Below are positions 41,096 through 51,597 of a DNA stretch of 54,395 bases, in pieces. The DNA comes from a virus. The first letter of the stretch is position 1. Each line of letters begins with the position of its first letter. The translations under genes and the position numbers were made by a program. Below the pieces are notes generated by a model. It was not told the DNA's origin, did not search any database, and saw nothing but the letters and a program-made list of their open reading frames with translations. The stretch lies in UHGV virus genome UHGV-0107341; one strand, 5' to 3'.

Positions 41096-42139
41096 TTAAC
41101 CTATTGCTACTGGTTTTAACAAACCAGCATCAAGTAGCTTGCGAGTTAACCACTGCTGGCCTTTACCCGTTAATTGGGGCGTCAGCCGTATCTGGTAGCC
41201 ATTTTCATCATCCAGCACCACTTCTTTCACCGTGAAATACCCGGCGTTGATGTACTGTTGGCGCGGTACGTTTTTGCGCGCTCCAAAAGCCATGAGAATG
41301 CCATTCTGGCGCAACCATGAGAAAAGGACGTTTTGCTTAAGTCCAACGACCTTTGCAAAGTTCCCGATCAGGATTCCATTGGCCACTGATACCCGGTCGG
41401 CAAAATCGACTTTAGGGGCTGCGGCCACCAGCTGCTGTTCCAACTGCATTTTCTGTTCTGCCAACTCGGCAGCCAGGCGTAGAGCTTCTGGTAATGTTTG
41501 GGGGATCGATGGGGCAGGGGAGTTTGCCTGCTGCAATTCTTCCAGTTTGTCGATCAGCGAACGGTGGACCGCTTTTGACTCGCGCGCGGCGACTCGCAAG
41601 GCTTGTTTGTAGGTCATGGTGATGACCTCAAAAGAGCGCCCAGCCCTTGTGCCATGGGATTTTGCACTTTTTGTGTAAAATTCACCTTCAAGTTCATCGA
41701 GTATTTTTTCGATGAATTTATTGTTTCTAACCTCTGGTTCTCCACATAACTTGCGTGCCTCATTGACCATCTTCAACAATGTTTGGCTGTCGATTGTGTC
41801 TCCGGTGTTGGGGATGACATTCACGGCTGGTGTTGGCGTAGCTGACGTAACAGGTGCTGGTTTCTCAACATTCAAATTTTTACCGGTCACTCTATGTGCC
41901 TCCTTTCTCATTTCTGCTGCCACCGTTGCGTAACGTAGACGTCCTTGTTCAATCAAATAATCCCTGATCTCGGCTATCAGTAGCCTGTTGATCACAGCCT
42001 TATCTGTTCGGGTATAAAAACGCCTGGTTATCATGAAATAGTTGGCAATTGCGCCGGGGATCTCCCGTGTCGGCATACAGGCAGTATGCAGGGCGATTGC
42101 TTCGGCTATGTCATTACGGGTGACGAGAGGTTTTTTCAT
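41096..42139 (-). CDS. ant: antirepressor Ant (C-terminal KilAC/ANT domain)
   Basis: C-terminal 150 aa paralogous to the KilA C-terminus (IPQTLPEALRLAAELAEQK...); position downstream of icd. Confidence 0.6.
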   Translation of the reverse strand: MKKPLVTRNDIAEAIALHTACMPTREIPGAIANYFMITRRFYTRTDKAVINRLLIAEIRDYLIEQGRLRYATVAAEMRKEAHRVTGKNLNVEKPAPVTSATPTPAVNVIPNTGDTIDSQTLLKMVNEARKLCGEPEVRNNKFIEKILDELEGEFYTKSAKSHGTRAGRSFEVITMTYKQALRVAARESKAVHRSLIDKLEELQQANSPAPSIPQTLPEALRLAAELAEQKMQLEQQLVAAAPKVDFADRVSVANGILIGNFAKVVGLKQNVLFSWLRQNGILMAFGARKNVPRQQYINAGYFTVKEVVLDDENGYQIRLTPQLTGKGQQWLTRKLLDAGLLKPVAIG

Positions 42140-42357
42140 AAAACCCCCTGAACGTCGGCAGAGAAGGGGAGGTTCCAGTAACTAAGTGAATTGCGCGAGT
42201 TAGTTGAAAAACGGGCAGTAAAAATGCAGGGGCCATCAGGCAATTGAGAGCGTGCTTCGTCTTCTGTTGCTGCGATAACGAAGTGATAGTGGTGTTTTTT
42301 ACAGGAATAGAAACGCCAGATGAATTCTTGGCGTGCGCAAGGATTGGCATTAACCAT
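42136..42357 (-). CDS. icd: Icd-like small protein overlapping the ant start
   Basis: Internal Met of track ORF 42136..42555 gives a 73-aa protein (MVNANPCARQEFIW...) whose stop overlaps the ant start. Confidence 0.4.
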   Translation of the reverse strand: MVNANPCARQEFIWRFYSCKKHHYHFVIAATEDEARSQLPDGPCIFTARFSTNSRNSLSYWNLPFSADVQGVL

Positions 42358-42379
42358 AGTTACGGCCTCATTCGTAGGT

Positions 42380-42560
42380 TTAACAACCTGCGCCCCGCTG
42401 CTAAACGGGTGGCAGGACGTGACGGGGTTAGCAGACTGGCACGAATGAAACCAGCAGGCCGAAGCCTCCCCATCACGCCCCACCATAATTCGGGCGTAAC
42501 GTGGTTTTACGGACACAAAAATACCGCAATATCGGATATCTGCGGTTGTCCGCATTCGTA
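42380..42560 (-). ncRNA. candidate c4-like antisense regulatory RNA region
   Basis: Non-coding stretch between the operator at 42672 and icd; repeated complementary motifs (ctgctaaac at ~42398 and ~42568, gttagcag at ~42427); boundaries not determined. Confidence 0.25.
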
Positions 42561-42671
42561 TTCAGGCTGCTAAACCCGGTCGCAGAATTTTCTACGACGG
42601 CGGAACTATAAGCCTGAACGATTAAAAGGTCAATATGATGCGAAAAGATAGCATTCGCGACTTAAAAATAC

Positions 42672-42688
42672 AAATTTATTAGAGCATT
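42672..42688 (-). promoter_or_regulatory. C1 operator-like site (AATGCTCTAATAAATTT) at the head of the immI-like operon
   Basis: 16/17 match; followed by palindrome-like atttgtgcaataaatgcacaaat. Confidence 0.5.
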
Positions 42689-42784
42689 ATTTGTGCAATA
42701 AATGCACAAATGGATCTAATAACCTCTTTTTTTTAAAGGCGAAAATATGTACCCTAAATGGGTTATAAGGCAGGTGAGATTATA

Positions 42785-42916
42785 ATGAGAATACTATTAC
42801 TACCGTTATTATTTATGGCCGGGACTGTTAATGCAGCATCAAGCGTAAAGGAGATTTGTACCGATTATACGAAATACCTTGGGCACGTTTACGCCTTTGC
42901 GATCAATGACTATTAA
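42785..42916 (+). CDS. small secreted peptide (43-aa precursor, not in ORF track)
   Basis: ATG after GGTGAG; MRILLLPLLFMAGTVNA signal peptide then a 26-aa mature region with one Cys; AT-rich codon usage. Confidence 0.3.
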   Translation: MRILLLPLLFMAGTVNAASSVKEICTDYTKYLGHVYAFAINDY

Positions 42917-42937
42917 TCCATGCGTAGGAGTGGATTT

Positions 42938-43255
42938 ATGCTGATTCGTTTGTTTTTAGTGCTTTCCTTTTCAACATTTAATGTTTTTGCTGATGAAGTT
43001 GACTTTTCGAAGGTAGATTGCAATTCAGTGGAAACAAGAAAAGCTCTTATTGAAGAATATAACGAAATATTATCGTCATATGGAATAACAGTGGTTGATT
43101 CTTATAATCAAAAAACTATTCAGAAAGGAATAAATAAACTGGTTTGTTATGGTGTTTACCAATATTCAGATGGCTCTTCGGAGTATGTTATTTATAAAGC
43201 ATACCCAAATAGTCTTGGTGAATTGATTAGTGAGTTTAAACCGATTAATGAGTGA
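42938..43255 (+). CDS. secreted protein (signal peptide)
   Basis: Start at ATG with AGGAG RBS; MLIRLFLVLSFSTFNVFA signal peptide; AT-rich. Confidence 0.45.
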   Translation: MLIRLFLVLSFSTFNVFADEVDFSKVDCNSVETRKALIEEYNEILSSYGITVVDSYNQKTIQKGINKLVCYGVYQYSDGSSEYVIYKAYPNSLGELISEFKPINE

Positions 43256-43262
43256 ATGGAAA

Positions 43263-44042
43263 ATGAAATTATTTAATGTAATAACATTTTGTTGTGCTAT
43301 TTTTGCTGGAAGCGCGATAGCTGATAATAAATTGCCAGATTGGCTTTCTACTTCAAAAAAAGATTATGATTTAGTAAGGGTATTCTATTTGTCTGGATTT
43401 GCCTCGAAAGCAATGAATAATCAATTTGGTTATCATTTTCCATCTGAGTTGGTTAATGATTTTAAAGATAATGAATTTGCCGCTCAGGAAAAATGGAATA
43501 CAATTTCAATTGTATATGGTGAAATAAAATCCATAAGAATGGTGAATAATGAACCAATTGTAGAGTTATTTACTCCAGGGGAAAATGCAACGCCACTAAA
43601 TTATATCAAATTGAAAGTGTTGGATTCAAAACAAAACTCTCTGTTAAAACTAAAAAAATGGGATGATATATATGCAGTGTGCTCCGGTGCTAATTTTAGG
43701 TTAGTGCCAATTCTGAGCAACTGCACTCCAGCAACTGACGTCATTGATGCTGCACTCTCTTTTTCTGGTGAATATATGTTCCCTGCTTTTGATTCTTTTT
43801 CACCTACTAAGCAAAACGTCAAATATATATTCACAAATCAAGATCCTGTTCAGATGATGAATTTTATAGGGTACCTATCCTTAGTCGATACAACGAAGGA
43901 TAAGAATAAAATGGATATGGTTCGTAAGTGTACGCCTTGGAAGCCGGAATGTTCACAACAATTCGTTGATGTAATGGAAGGATTTGATAACATCATGTAT
44001 AAATATGAGAGGGAATTTAAAAATTACATAGAATTAAAATAG
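43263..44042 (+). CDS. secreted/periplasmic protein (possible superinfection-exclusion protein, Sim-like position)
   Basis: MKLFNVITFCCAIFAGSAIA signal peptide; about 30 kDa precursor; AT-rich islet. Confidence 0.4.
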   Translation: MKLFNVITFCCAIFAGSAIADNKLPDWLSTSKKDYDLVRVFYLSGFASKAMNNQFGYHFPSELVNDFKDNEFAAQEKWNTISIVYGEIKSIRMVNNEPIVELFTPGENATPLNYIKLKVLDSKQNSLLKLKKWDDIYAVCSGANFRLVPILSNCTPATDVIDAALSFSGEYMFPAFDSFSPTKQNVKYIFTNQDPVQMMNFIGYLSLVDTTKDKNKMDMVRKCTPWKPECSQQFVDVMEGFDNIMYKYEREFKNYIELK

Positions 44043-44228
44043 TATTTGAAAGGATAGTCAATTTAAGTTTTAACAAAACGCCCATTAAAGGGCGTTTTAT
44101 TGTTTTACTCAAAACAATCTGATTATGTGATAACCATATCATATTCCTCATTCCACCTACACTGATTACCCCCCCAGACAACAACATTCCTACTCAATGA
44201 ACAAATGACTACTCGTAGAATCGGTTAA

Positions 44229-44819
<591 letters not shown>

Positions 44820-44829
44820 GGGAGCTGAT

Positions 44830-45441
44830 ATGGGGCTTAATGTTGCTTCAGTAAAGTCTTATGTTTCTTCGGCATTAACGACGACATTATTTGGCTCCGG
44901 CGTTGGTGAGCGGGAAGTTGGTAAGCTGACGTCAATCATCATGAACAAAATGCTGTTCGCGCAAGGATGGCAGTTCTCTGTCGAAGTTGATGGACTGGAG
45001 GGAGCAGACTTCTTTGCCAAAGATATTACCTACCACGATTACAGCATCGAATATGAAACGATTAAAATCGGCGGAGGGAATATCCTTCAGCCAACGGAGC
45101 GTTCGCCAGGGCAGATAACAATGATGGTCAGGGATACCGTTGATGGCCTCGTTTTGGACTGGTTTAAGACGGCAAAAAGTCGGGTGATTAATCCAGACGG
45201 TACCGGGAATATACCGTCTAAATATTTGCTCAATGTGCGTATTTATCGGTTGCTGTCTTCCGGCTTAACCAAACTGGAAAATGAGATGACTGTATTTCCG
45301 GTCACTACCGGCGATGTCACCTATGCGCGGGATCAGGTTACGGAATTTAAGTCATTCCCAATGACCTTCGCATTGCACAGCACGTTTAACCAATCCTCAA
45401 GTTCTTTGGCTTCCCTTCTGGGCTTTAGTTTTTCTCTTTGA
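44830..45441 (+). CDS. tail tube-like protein, tentative
   Basis: 203 aa, beta-rich; position upstream of the tape-measure-like gene. Confidence 0.35.
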   Translation: MGLNVASVKSYVSSALTTTLFGSGVGEREVGKLTSIIMNKMLFAQGWQFSVEVDGLEGADFFAKDITYHDYSIEYETIKIGGGNILQPTERSPGQITMMVRDTVDGLVLDWFKTAKSRVINPDGTGNIPSKYLLNVRIYRLLSSGLTKLENEMTVFPVTTGDVTYARDQVTEFKSFPMTFALHSTFNQSSSSLASLLGFSFSL

Positions 45442-45455
45442 ATTAAGGAGCAAGG

Positions 45456-46337
45456 ATGCTTTTACCCCTTTTCCCGCTACCATCGCGGCCAACTGAATTG
45501 ATCCAGTTCCGTCAGCCAAATATTGCTGATGCGATGCGTTTCAACTCGATAACACCGGAGGAACAAGAACAACAGACAACGGCGTATTTAAAAGCCTTGC
45601 TGGCTGAACCCGCGAAATATGATCCCCTGACATGGACGGCGCAGGACCGGATTACCGCGTTATGGTGGATATTTACTGGCTCCCGTGAAACACCGGTCGA
45701 GACATTCACCTACACCTGTAAACATTGCGGTAAAGAGCATTATTACGATTGCGATATGAATGCTCTGGCTGAAGATATCCAGGTCCTGGAAGTGGAACCG
45801 TTCATTGACGATATTGAGGTGTCTGTAGAGGGCGTGCCTTATCAATGGCGTATCGTGCCGCTTGATGGTTGGGCAATGGAAATGCTGGAGATGCGCCGTG
45901 CAGCATTGCCACCTGAAGACGACGAGGAATTCAACGAAGCGATCGTTGATTTGCGTTTTTGGGAATTCGCTTATCAGTGTGAACTTTATAACGATGTTAG
46001 CGGTACTCGTGAAGAGCAGGCTGAGCGTCGTTATGAAACGATCAAACGGATGGCCATTGATACTGAATTTATGAAGCTGGCGGCACACATCCGGCTGGCT
46101 CATGAAAAGCTCGAACATGGTTTACCGTGCTACATCGATAAAGGCGAAATGCGTCTTCGTCTCCCGCCGCACAAATGCCCAAACCAGGATAAAAAGGAGT
46201 CCACAGAGGGTGCGTATACCCGTCTGTGGGTGCCCTTTCGGGCTACCGACTTCATTCCACAGGTGGGGATTGAAAAGCTATCAGACCTTAGTGTCCAACC
46301 TGGTTTTGTATGGGGGTATACCGATTCAGGACGCTGA
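45456..46337 (+). CDS. hypothetical protein (possible tail assembly factor)
   Basis: 293 aa immediately upstream of the tape-measure-like gene; contains CKHCGKEHYYDCD Cys cluster. Confidence 0.35.
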   Translation: MLLPLFPLPSRPTELIQFRQPNIADAMRFNSITPEEQEQQTTAYLKALLAEPAKYDPLTWTAQDRITALWWIFTGSRETPVETFTYTCKHCGKEHYYDCDMNALAEDIQVLEVEPFIDDIEVSVEGVPYQWRIVPLDGWAMEMLEMRRAALPPEDDEEFNEAIVDLRFWEFAYQCELYNDVSGTREEQAERRYETIKRMAIDTEFMKLAAHIRLAHEKLEHGLPCYIDKGEMRLRLPPHKCPNQDKKESTEGAYTRLWVPFRATDFIPQVGIEKLSDLSVQPGFVWGYTDSGR

Positions 46338-46418
46338 AAGGCTCACTGAATCCTATGCGTTTTTCCTGTTGGAGAAACTGGAAGAAAAACTTAAACCGAA
46401 GCGGTAGGCGATAAGATC

Positions 46419-49400
46419 ATGGAAAGAAAAAACGCCAACATTGACGATGTGATAAGGACGGTTGAAACCGCCAGCGCAAAAGAGCTGGAAGAGCTTGCAG
46501 GTATTCGGGAAGCCGTTGAAGATTTGAAAGGGGGGCGAGTTGCTACTGTTGATCCTGTCTCTCGCAGTGTGTCGGCATTAAATCGCACAATCGAAAATTC
46601 CCGGCCTGACTTTGTGGCCAAAGCGCCATCCGTAGACCCTATTGTTGACGCAATGAAACGGCTTAATTTAGGGGACGTTTCTCGTGTAGTTCAGGAAGAT
46701 GTTGCTCTACAGGAACCGCAGGCCAAATCAACTACGCGAAAGGATAAAAAACGACGCAAGAAGGCTATAACAGAAGATGTAAAGGCGCAACGGACCGAAG
46801 CAGCCGAACACGCTCGCGAAATGTTCGGTCAAAAAGGCGGTGCGCAAAAAAGCCAAAACCAACGCGATGCGCGTGGTCGTTTTATTGGAAAATCAGGGAG
46901 TAAGGCCGCAGCGGAAGATGCCCGTGCTGAACGTGCTGAAAAGGCCAGGCGCAAAGAGGATGATGAGCGTCTAAATGCTGAATCAGGTTTATTAAAAAAA
47001 CTGTCAAAAGTAGCTGAAGGCATAGGTAACCCTTCAGAGACTCGTGCCGTCGATGCGTTAGGTTATGCCGTTGCTGGTCCATTGTGGGCAGCAGGGAAGG
47101 AGCTTGGCGGGATATCAAAAGAAGTTGGTGGATCGCTTAATGGTGCCAGAAAGTCTATTGCCGATGTGATTCGTGGCAATGACGATAACAGCCGTAGAAA
47201 AGGTTTTTTTAGGCGTAAATCGCAAAATAGTGCCGATGTCGTTCAGGTTAACACCCAAAAACGGACGGTTCAGGAACTTCAGGAGCAGACCAGCGAAATT
47301 AAAGAGGGCAATGACAAGATTCTCCGCGCCCTTGATCAGATAGCCAAAAACACCGGTAAAAAGAAGGGCGGCTTGCTGTCCAAACTATTTAGCCTGTTAG
47401 GGAAGGGGGCCGGTGGCGTCGCGTCGTTGTTAATGGGGCGTGGCATGCTGAAAAAAGCTGGAGCACTCGCTTTTGGCGCTCTGGGGGCAAAGAAACTTGT
47501 AGGAATGCTACGCGGTGGTGGCAAGAAGACTCTCGCTCATGAAGGCGGAGATTTGGCTGCCCGGGCAGCCGGTAAACTTGGATTAAAGGCAGTTGGTAAA
47601 GGGGCGTTACGCGCAATTCCCCTAGTCGGCACAGTGGCTGGAGGTATTTATGATGCGGTAACCGGTTGGAATGATACAGAAGCGCAACGTCGAGCGTTTG
47701 GGCTTAAATCAGGACAAGATCCATCATTCCAGCAAAAAGCCGCTTATACGTTAGCCAATGTTCTTGATTTGGGGGGACTGGTATCTGGTATTAGCAGTGC
47801 TATTGGTGATGTTCTCAAATCACTTGGATTTGAGGATATCGGCAATATGTTGCAATCATTTTCGACGGAAAGTATTGCCCAGGCCATTGATAGCGGGGTT
47901 ACCAACTTAGAAACATATATTTCTAACCTTGGCGACACCATTTCTACCAAGTTCGATGATTACACAGCAAAGATTGGTGATGCTGTTTCAGCATGGTTTA
48001 GCGATACATCTAATAAGTTGCTTGAAAAGCTGGATGCCATAAAAGACTTCTTTACTGTCGATAACCTGAAACAGGTTTTCAGTGATGCAATTGATAGTGC
48101 AATTGACTTCATTAAGAACCCAGGGAAACACATTAAAGAGGCGGCTGGTAATATTTTGGATGGGGTTAAAAATTTACCCGGTAAAGCATTAGATGCAGCG
48201 GTTGATGCCGTTAAAAATACCCCTGCGGCAATGATTGTATCAAAAATACCCAATCCGATCGGCGAGGCTAATGCGAAAGAAATCACTCCAGAGTTAAAAG
48301 CTCCGGTTAATAGCCACCAGGAGACATCTGATTCTAAAACTGAATCCGATGCCAAACAGACTAATATTGTTACCCGCGTGATAAATGCGGCACTGGACAC
48401 GGCGAAAGATAGCAATAAAACAGTTAAAGAAACTGCTAATCAGATTATCAATGCAAATGCCGTAGAAACGGGCAATAGCGCGTTGCAGAAAATTGATAAA
48501 GCTATTGGTCAAAATAGCTCGTCATCATCGTCGCTTAATACCACTGGCACCAGGAATGACATTCAGAAAGCTGCGGATACCTACAACAATGGCCGCTTGG
48601 ATGTAAAAGTCGGAAGTCTTGGAGCTGAAGGTAAGGCAAATCTCGATAAGTTGGCTCCGTATTTTGCTGAACTAGAGAATAAATATGGTCTTCCAGAAGG
48701 CACTCTTTACGCGATTGCTGCAACTGAATCTGGTGGTAATCCGTATGCAAAATCCCAAACCGGTGCTCTGGGAATGTTTCAGTTCACGGGGATTGCTCGT
48801 GAAGAGACTGGCTTAGCTGAAGGTGAATCGTTTGATCCTGTGAAATCGGCAGAAGCTGCGGCTCTTCTCATGAGCAAGTATCTGAAGCAAGCCAATGGAG
48901 ACTTAAACGAGGCCATCACTGCATATAACGCTGGGTTTGGCACTATCAATAAGTGGAAAAAAGGCACAGGTGACTTATCGAAAGAAAACCGTGAGTACGC
49001 GATCAAGGTCAATACTCATCGTGCTCGCTATTTAGGTGGTGAAATCTATACACCTGGAGCAGGAGCACAGGGTGGGGCGCAATATGGAGTGAGGGGACCA
49101 CTGCCTGATAACGCTGTTATCGATCAGTCTACTGGCCTGGCGTTTACCCCTGGTGATAGCCCGTTTGAGAAAGGCGGTCTGGTAGACAAAATCGGCAATG
49201 CTGTTGGCGTTAACGATCTGGTCAACAAATTCATGAATGGCCGGGGGATGCGTCGGGAAGTCGTTCAGGGAACGCTCGAAGAACGTGCACGAGGGAAGGG
49301 GACCGCAACAGCAGCTGGCAATGTGTATGTTGATACTCCGATGCCAGTTGAAGAGGCGCGTCCGGTGGCCAGCAACTCAAGTTACTTTGACCAACTCGGC

Positions 49401-49811
49401 GCACAAATGGGGATTGATGGACTATTCGATAAACTCCGCAACTCGCCGGGGATGCGGAAAAATAATGCGCCTGAACCAGCCTCCACGTCCAAGGTGACGA
49501 CTGCCGCCAACGATTTGCAGCAACCAACCGGTCGTATGCAGATAGACGGGCAGGTTATTAGTGACCTTGGCGGTTCCGGTGCCAAGCCGACAATGCAGTT
49601 GGCTGATAATACCGTTTCACTTGATGGTGAAACGAAGCGGCTGTTTGCGCAGATGACCTCATTGCTTGCCAGGATTGAAGAGCACACTAAAGACTCGGCG
49701 AAAGGCCAGGGAACTGTCGTAAAGGTCAGCACGCCTCAACCGGGCGTTATGCGCACGGTGCCACTGTCAATTGATGATCCGTTGATGAATGACTACGCGA
49801 GAGTTGATTGA
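46419..49811 (+). CDS. sit: tape-measure-like injection protein with lytic transglycosylase (SLT) domain (P1 Sit-like)
   Basis: 1130 aa; Gly/Ala/Lys-rich repetitive central region; SLT signature ESGGNPYAKSQTGALGMFQF...AYNAG. Confidence 0.7.
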   Translation: MERKNANIDDVIRTVETASAKELEELAGIREAVEDLKGGRVATVDPVSRSVSALNRTIENSRPDFVAKAPSVDPIVDAMKRLNLGDVSRVVQEDVALQEPQAKSTTRKDKKRRKKAITEDVKAQRTEAAEHAREMFGQKGGAQKSQNQRDARGRFIGKSGSKAAAEDARAERAEKARRKEDDERLNAESGLLKKLSKVAEGIGNPSETRAVDALGYAVAGPLWAAGKELGGISKEVGGSLNGARKSIADVIRGNDDNSRRKGFFRRKSQNSADVVQVNTQKRTVQELQEQTSEIKEGNDKILRALDQIAKNTGKKKGGLLSKLFSLLGKGAGGVASLLMGRGMLKKAGALAFGALGAKKLVGMLRGGGKKTLAHEGGDLAARAAGKLGLKAVGKGALRAIPLVGTVAGGIYDAVTGWNDTEAQRRAFGLKSGQDPSFQQKAAYTLANVLDLGGLVSGISSAIGDVLKSLGFEDIGNMLQSFSTESIAQAIDSGVTNLETYISNLGDTISTKFDDYTAKIGDAVSAWFSDTSNKLLEKLDAIKDFFTVDNLKQVFSDAIDSAIDFIKNPGKHIKEAAGNILDGVKNLPGKALDAAVDAVKNTPAAMIVSKIPNPIGEANAKEITPELKAPVNSHQETSDSKTESDAKQTNIVTRVINAALDTAKDSNKTVKETANQIINANAVETGNSALQKIDKAIGQNSSSSSSLNTTGTRNDIQKAADTYNNGRLDVKVGSLGAEGKANLDKLAPYFAELENKYGLPEGTLYAIAATESGGNPYAKSQTGALGMFQFTGIAREETGLAEGESFDPVKSAEAAALLMSKYLKQANGDLNEAITAYNAGFGTINKWKKGTGDLSKENREYAIKVNTHRARYLGGEIYTPGAGAQGGAQYGVRGPLPDNAVIDQSTGLAFTPGDSPFEKGGLVDKIGNAVGVNDLVNKFMNGRGMRREVVQGTLEERARGKGTATAAGNVYVDTPMPVEEARPVASNSSYFDQLGAQMGIDGLFDKLRNSPGMRKNNAPEPASTSKVTTAANDLQQPTGRMQIDGQVISDLGGSGAKPTMQLADNTVSLDGETKRLFAQMTSLLARIEEHTKDSAKGQGTVVKVSTPQPGVMRTVPLSIDDPLMNDYARVD

Positions 49812-50167
49812 TGGCCAACAATAACGAAATTGATCCTTTGCTGACGCTGGAGTTATCCGGCGTAAAAACGTATGAGTCCCAGGAGGAGGCCTGGGGCGCT
49901 CGTTTATATGAGTGGCTAAACACTTATCAGGGTGAGGTATACGGAGATCCGTCATGGGGCAATGTTTTACCGCAGTTTAAACACGAACCGACCAACTTGT
50001 CGCATGTTCAAATTGCGGTTGAGGCAATGCTTTTGCAAAAACTGACGGTAGATTTACCCGACATACCGATTTCTGGCTTGTCAGTAGCCGAGGGAGATGC
50101 TTTTGATAAGTTGAAAATATCCATTCGTATAAGGGATATAACTATCACACAGGACGTGGTGCTATGA
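49808..50167 (+). CDS. baseplate wedge protein (gp25/gpW-like), tentative
   Basis: 119 aa, overlapping stop/start with the tape-measure gene; size and position typical of gpW. Confidence 0.4.
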   Translation: MMANNNEIDPLLTLELSGVKTYESQEEAWGARLYEWLNTYQGEVYGDPSWGNVLPQFKHEPTNLSHVQIAVEAMLLQKLTVDLPDIPISGLSVAEGDAFDKLKISIRIRDITITQDVVL

Positions 50168-51597
50168 GTAAAACAACACCGACTAAAGACAGTATTCGTG
50201 CAGAGTTTGAAGAGCTTGTCGAGAAAGATTCATTCTGGTCGAAGTTTGTCGGCTCTCAATTTGTCTCGATGCTGATATTGTTTATTACCCAGATTGTGTA
50301 CAGGTGTTTTCAATATGCCGATGCGGCGCTGGCTGAAGGCTTTATATCGACCGCGACGCGGCGTTCCTCTATCCTGGCTGCGGCAGAAACGAACAATTAT
50401 GTTGGTACCAAGCCAACACCGTCATCGGGGATGATTGAGATCACCGCCACAAGTGAAGATGCCCCAGCGGTAATTCCCAAAAACATGCCTTTAATATCTG
50501 ACGACCAGTACCCTTACATGACTATGGATGTATGCAGGTTGGTTGACGGCACCGGTACGGTAGAAGTGGCACAGTTGGAAATCCAAGAGGTGACATATAC
50601 CGTTACGGCTGCCAAAGAATTTCTGGAAGTCGTGTTATCAAAGGCTCTCACTGCTGTCTGCTATAAGCTGGAAGTATTCGTGACGACCGATGGTAAGACC
50701 ACGCAGTGGTCTTCCGGCACAATGTTCCGGTTAGCTGGTAGTAAAAGCCAGGTCTACGTTGAGTTTTATAAACCATCCGAACAGTTGGGTGTCCGATTCG
50801 GCGATGGGCTAATTGGACAAATACCGCCAGAAGGTTCGACAATTACGCTTAAGGTATGGTGCACCAACGGCGATATAACCCTGGTTGCTGGCCAAAACCT
50901 GACGCCTGTCGATTCTGCGGCTAATTTAGCTAATTTGATTTCAGTTAAGACAACGACACCTATAACCGCAGGTACCGATGCTGAAACAACGGAGATCACA
51001 CGTAACCGTGCACAATATTACCTTGCCTATGATGATCAGGTCGTATGGGGCGGGGACTATACGTATTTTCTGGTTCGTAACATCCCGGGGCTGTCCTGGG
51101 TAAAGGCATGGGGCGAAGGCCAGCAAGAGAAATTAGATGGTGCTTATAATGTTCAGAATATCAATAAGATATTTATTTCAGGATGGCATCCGAATAAAAG
51201 TCAGTCAGAGCTTGAAGAAATGATCCTGACCGCCTTTAAGAAGGTGCCGAATGAGTTGAACAAGAAATTCTCGTATAAAGAGGTCAGAAAACTACCATTT
51301 AAGATAACCATCACCGGACGGATATCGGCAAGCCTGACCATTGAGAATGTGACCGATGAGCTGAAGTCGGCACTGGAAACAAAATTTGGGCGCGATTCAA
51401 CTTTCTTTGATCCGAACCGCGTCGGAAAGTACATCCTGATTAAGAAAAAAGATGTTTGGGCGTTTATCGAAACGCTGGGTTATTTCCGCGACTTTTATCT
51501 GGAATTTGTCGAGTGGAATGAGTCCAACGGCTTTTACGATTTCGTTTATCTGGATACAGAAAACTCCACCTTTAATATTTCGTATGAGGAGGAGTGA
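50164..51597 (+). CDS. baseplate wedge protein (gpJ/gp6-like), tentative
   Basis: 477 aa, translationally coupled after the gpW-like gene. Confidence 0.4.
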   Translation: MSKTTPTKDSIRAEFEELVEKDSFWSKFVGSQFVSMLILFITQIVYRCFQYADAALAEGFISTATRRSSILAAAETNNYVGTKPTPSSGMIEITATSEDAPAVIPKNMPLISDDQYPYMTMDVCRLVDGTGTVEVAQLEIQEVTYTVTAAKEFLEVVLSKALTAVCYKLEVFVTTDGKTTQWSSGTMFRLAGSKSQVYVEFYKPSEQLGVRFGDGLIGQIPPEGSTITLKVWCTNGDITLVAGQNLTPVDSAANLANLISVKTTTPITAGTDAETTEITRNRAQYYLAYDDQVVWGGDYTYFLVRNIPGLSWVKAWGEGQQEKLDGAYNVQNINKIFISGWHPNKSQSELEEMILTAFKKVPNELNKKFSYKEVRKLPFKITITGRISASLTIENVTDELKSALETKFGRDSTFFDPNRVGKYILIKKKDVWAFIETLGYFRDFYLEFVEWNESNGFYDFVYLDTENSTFNISYEEE

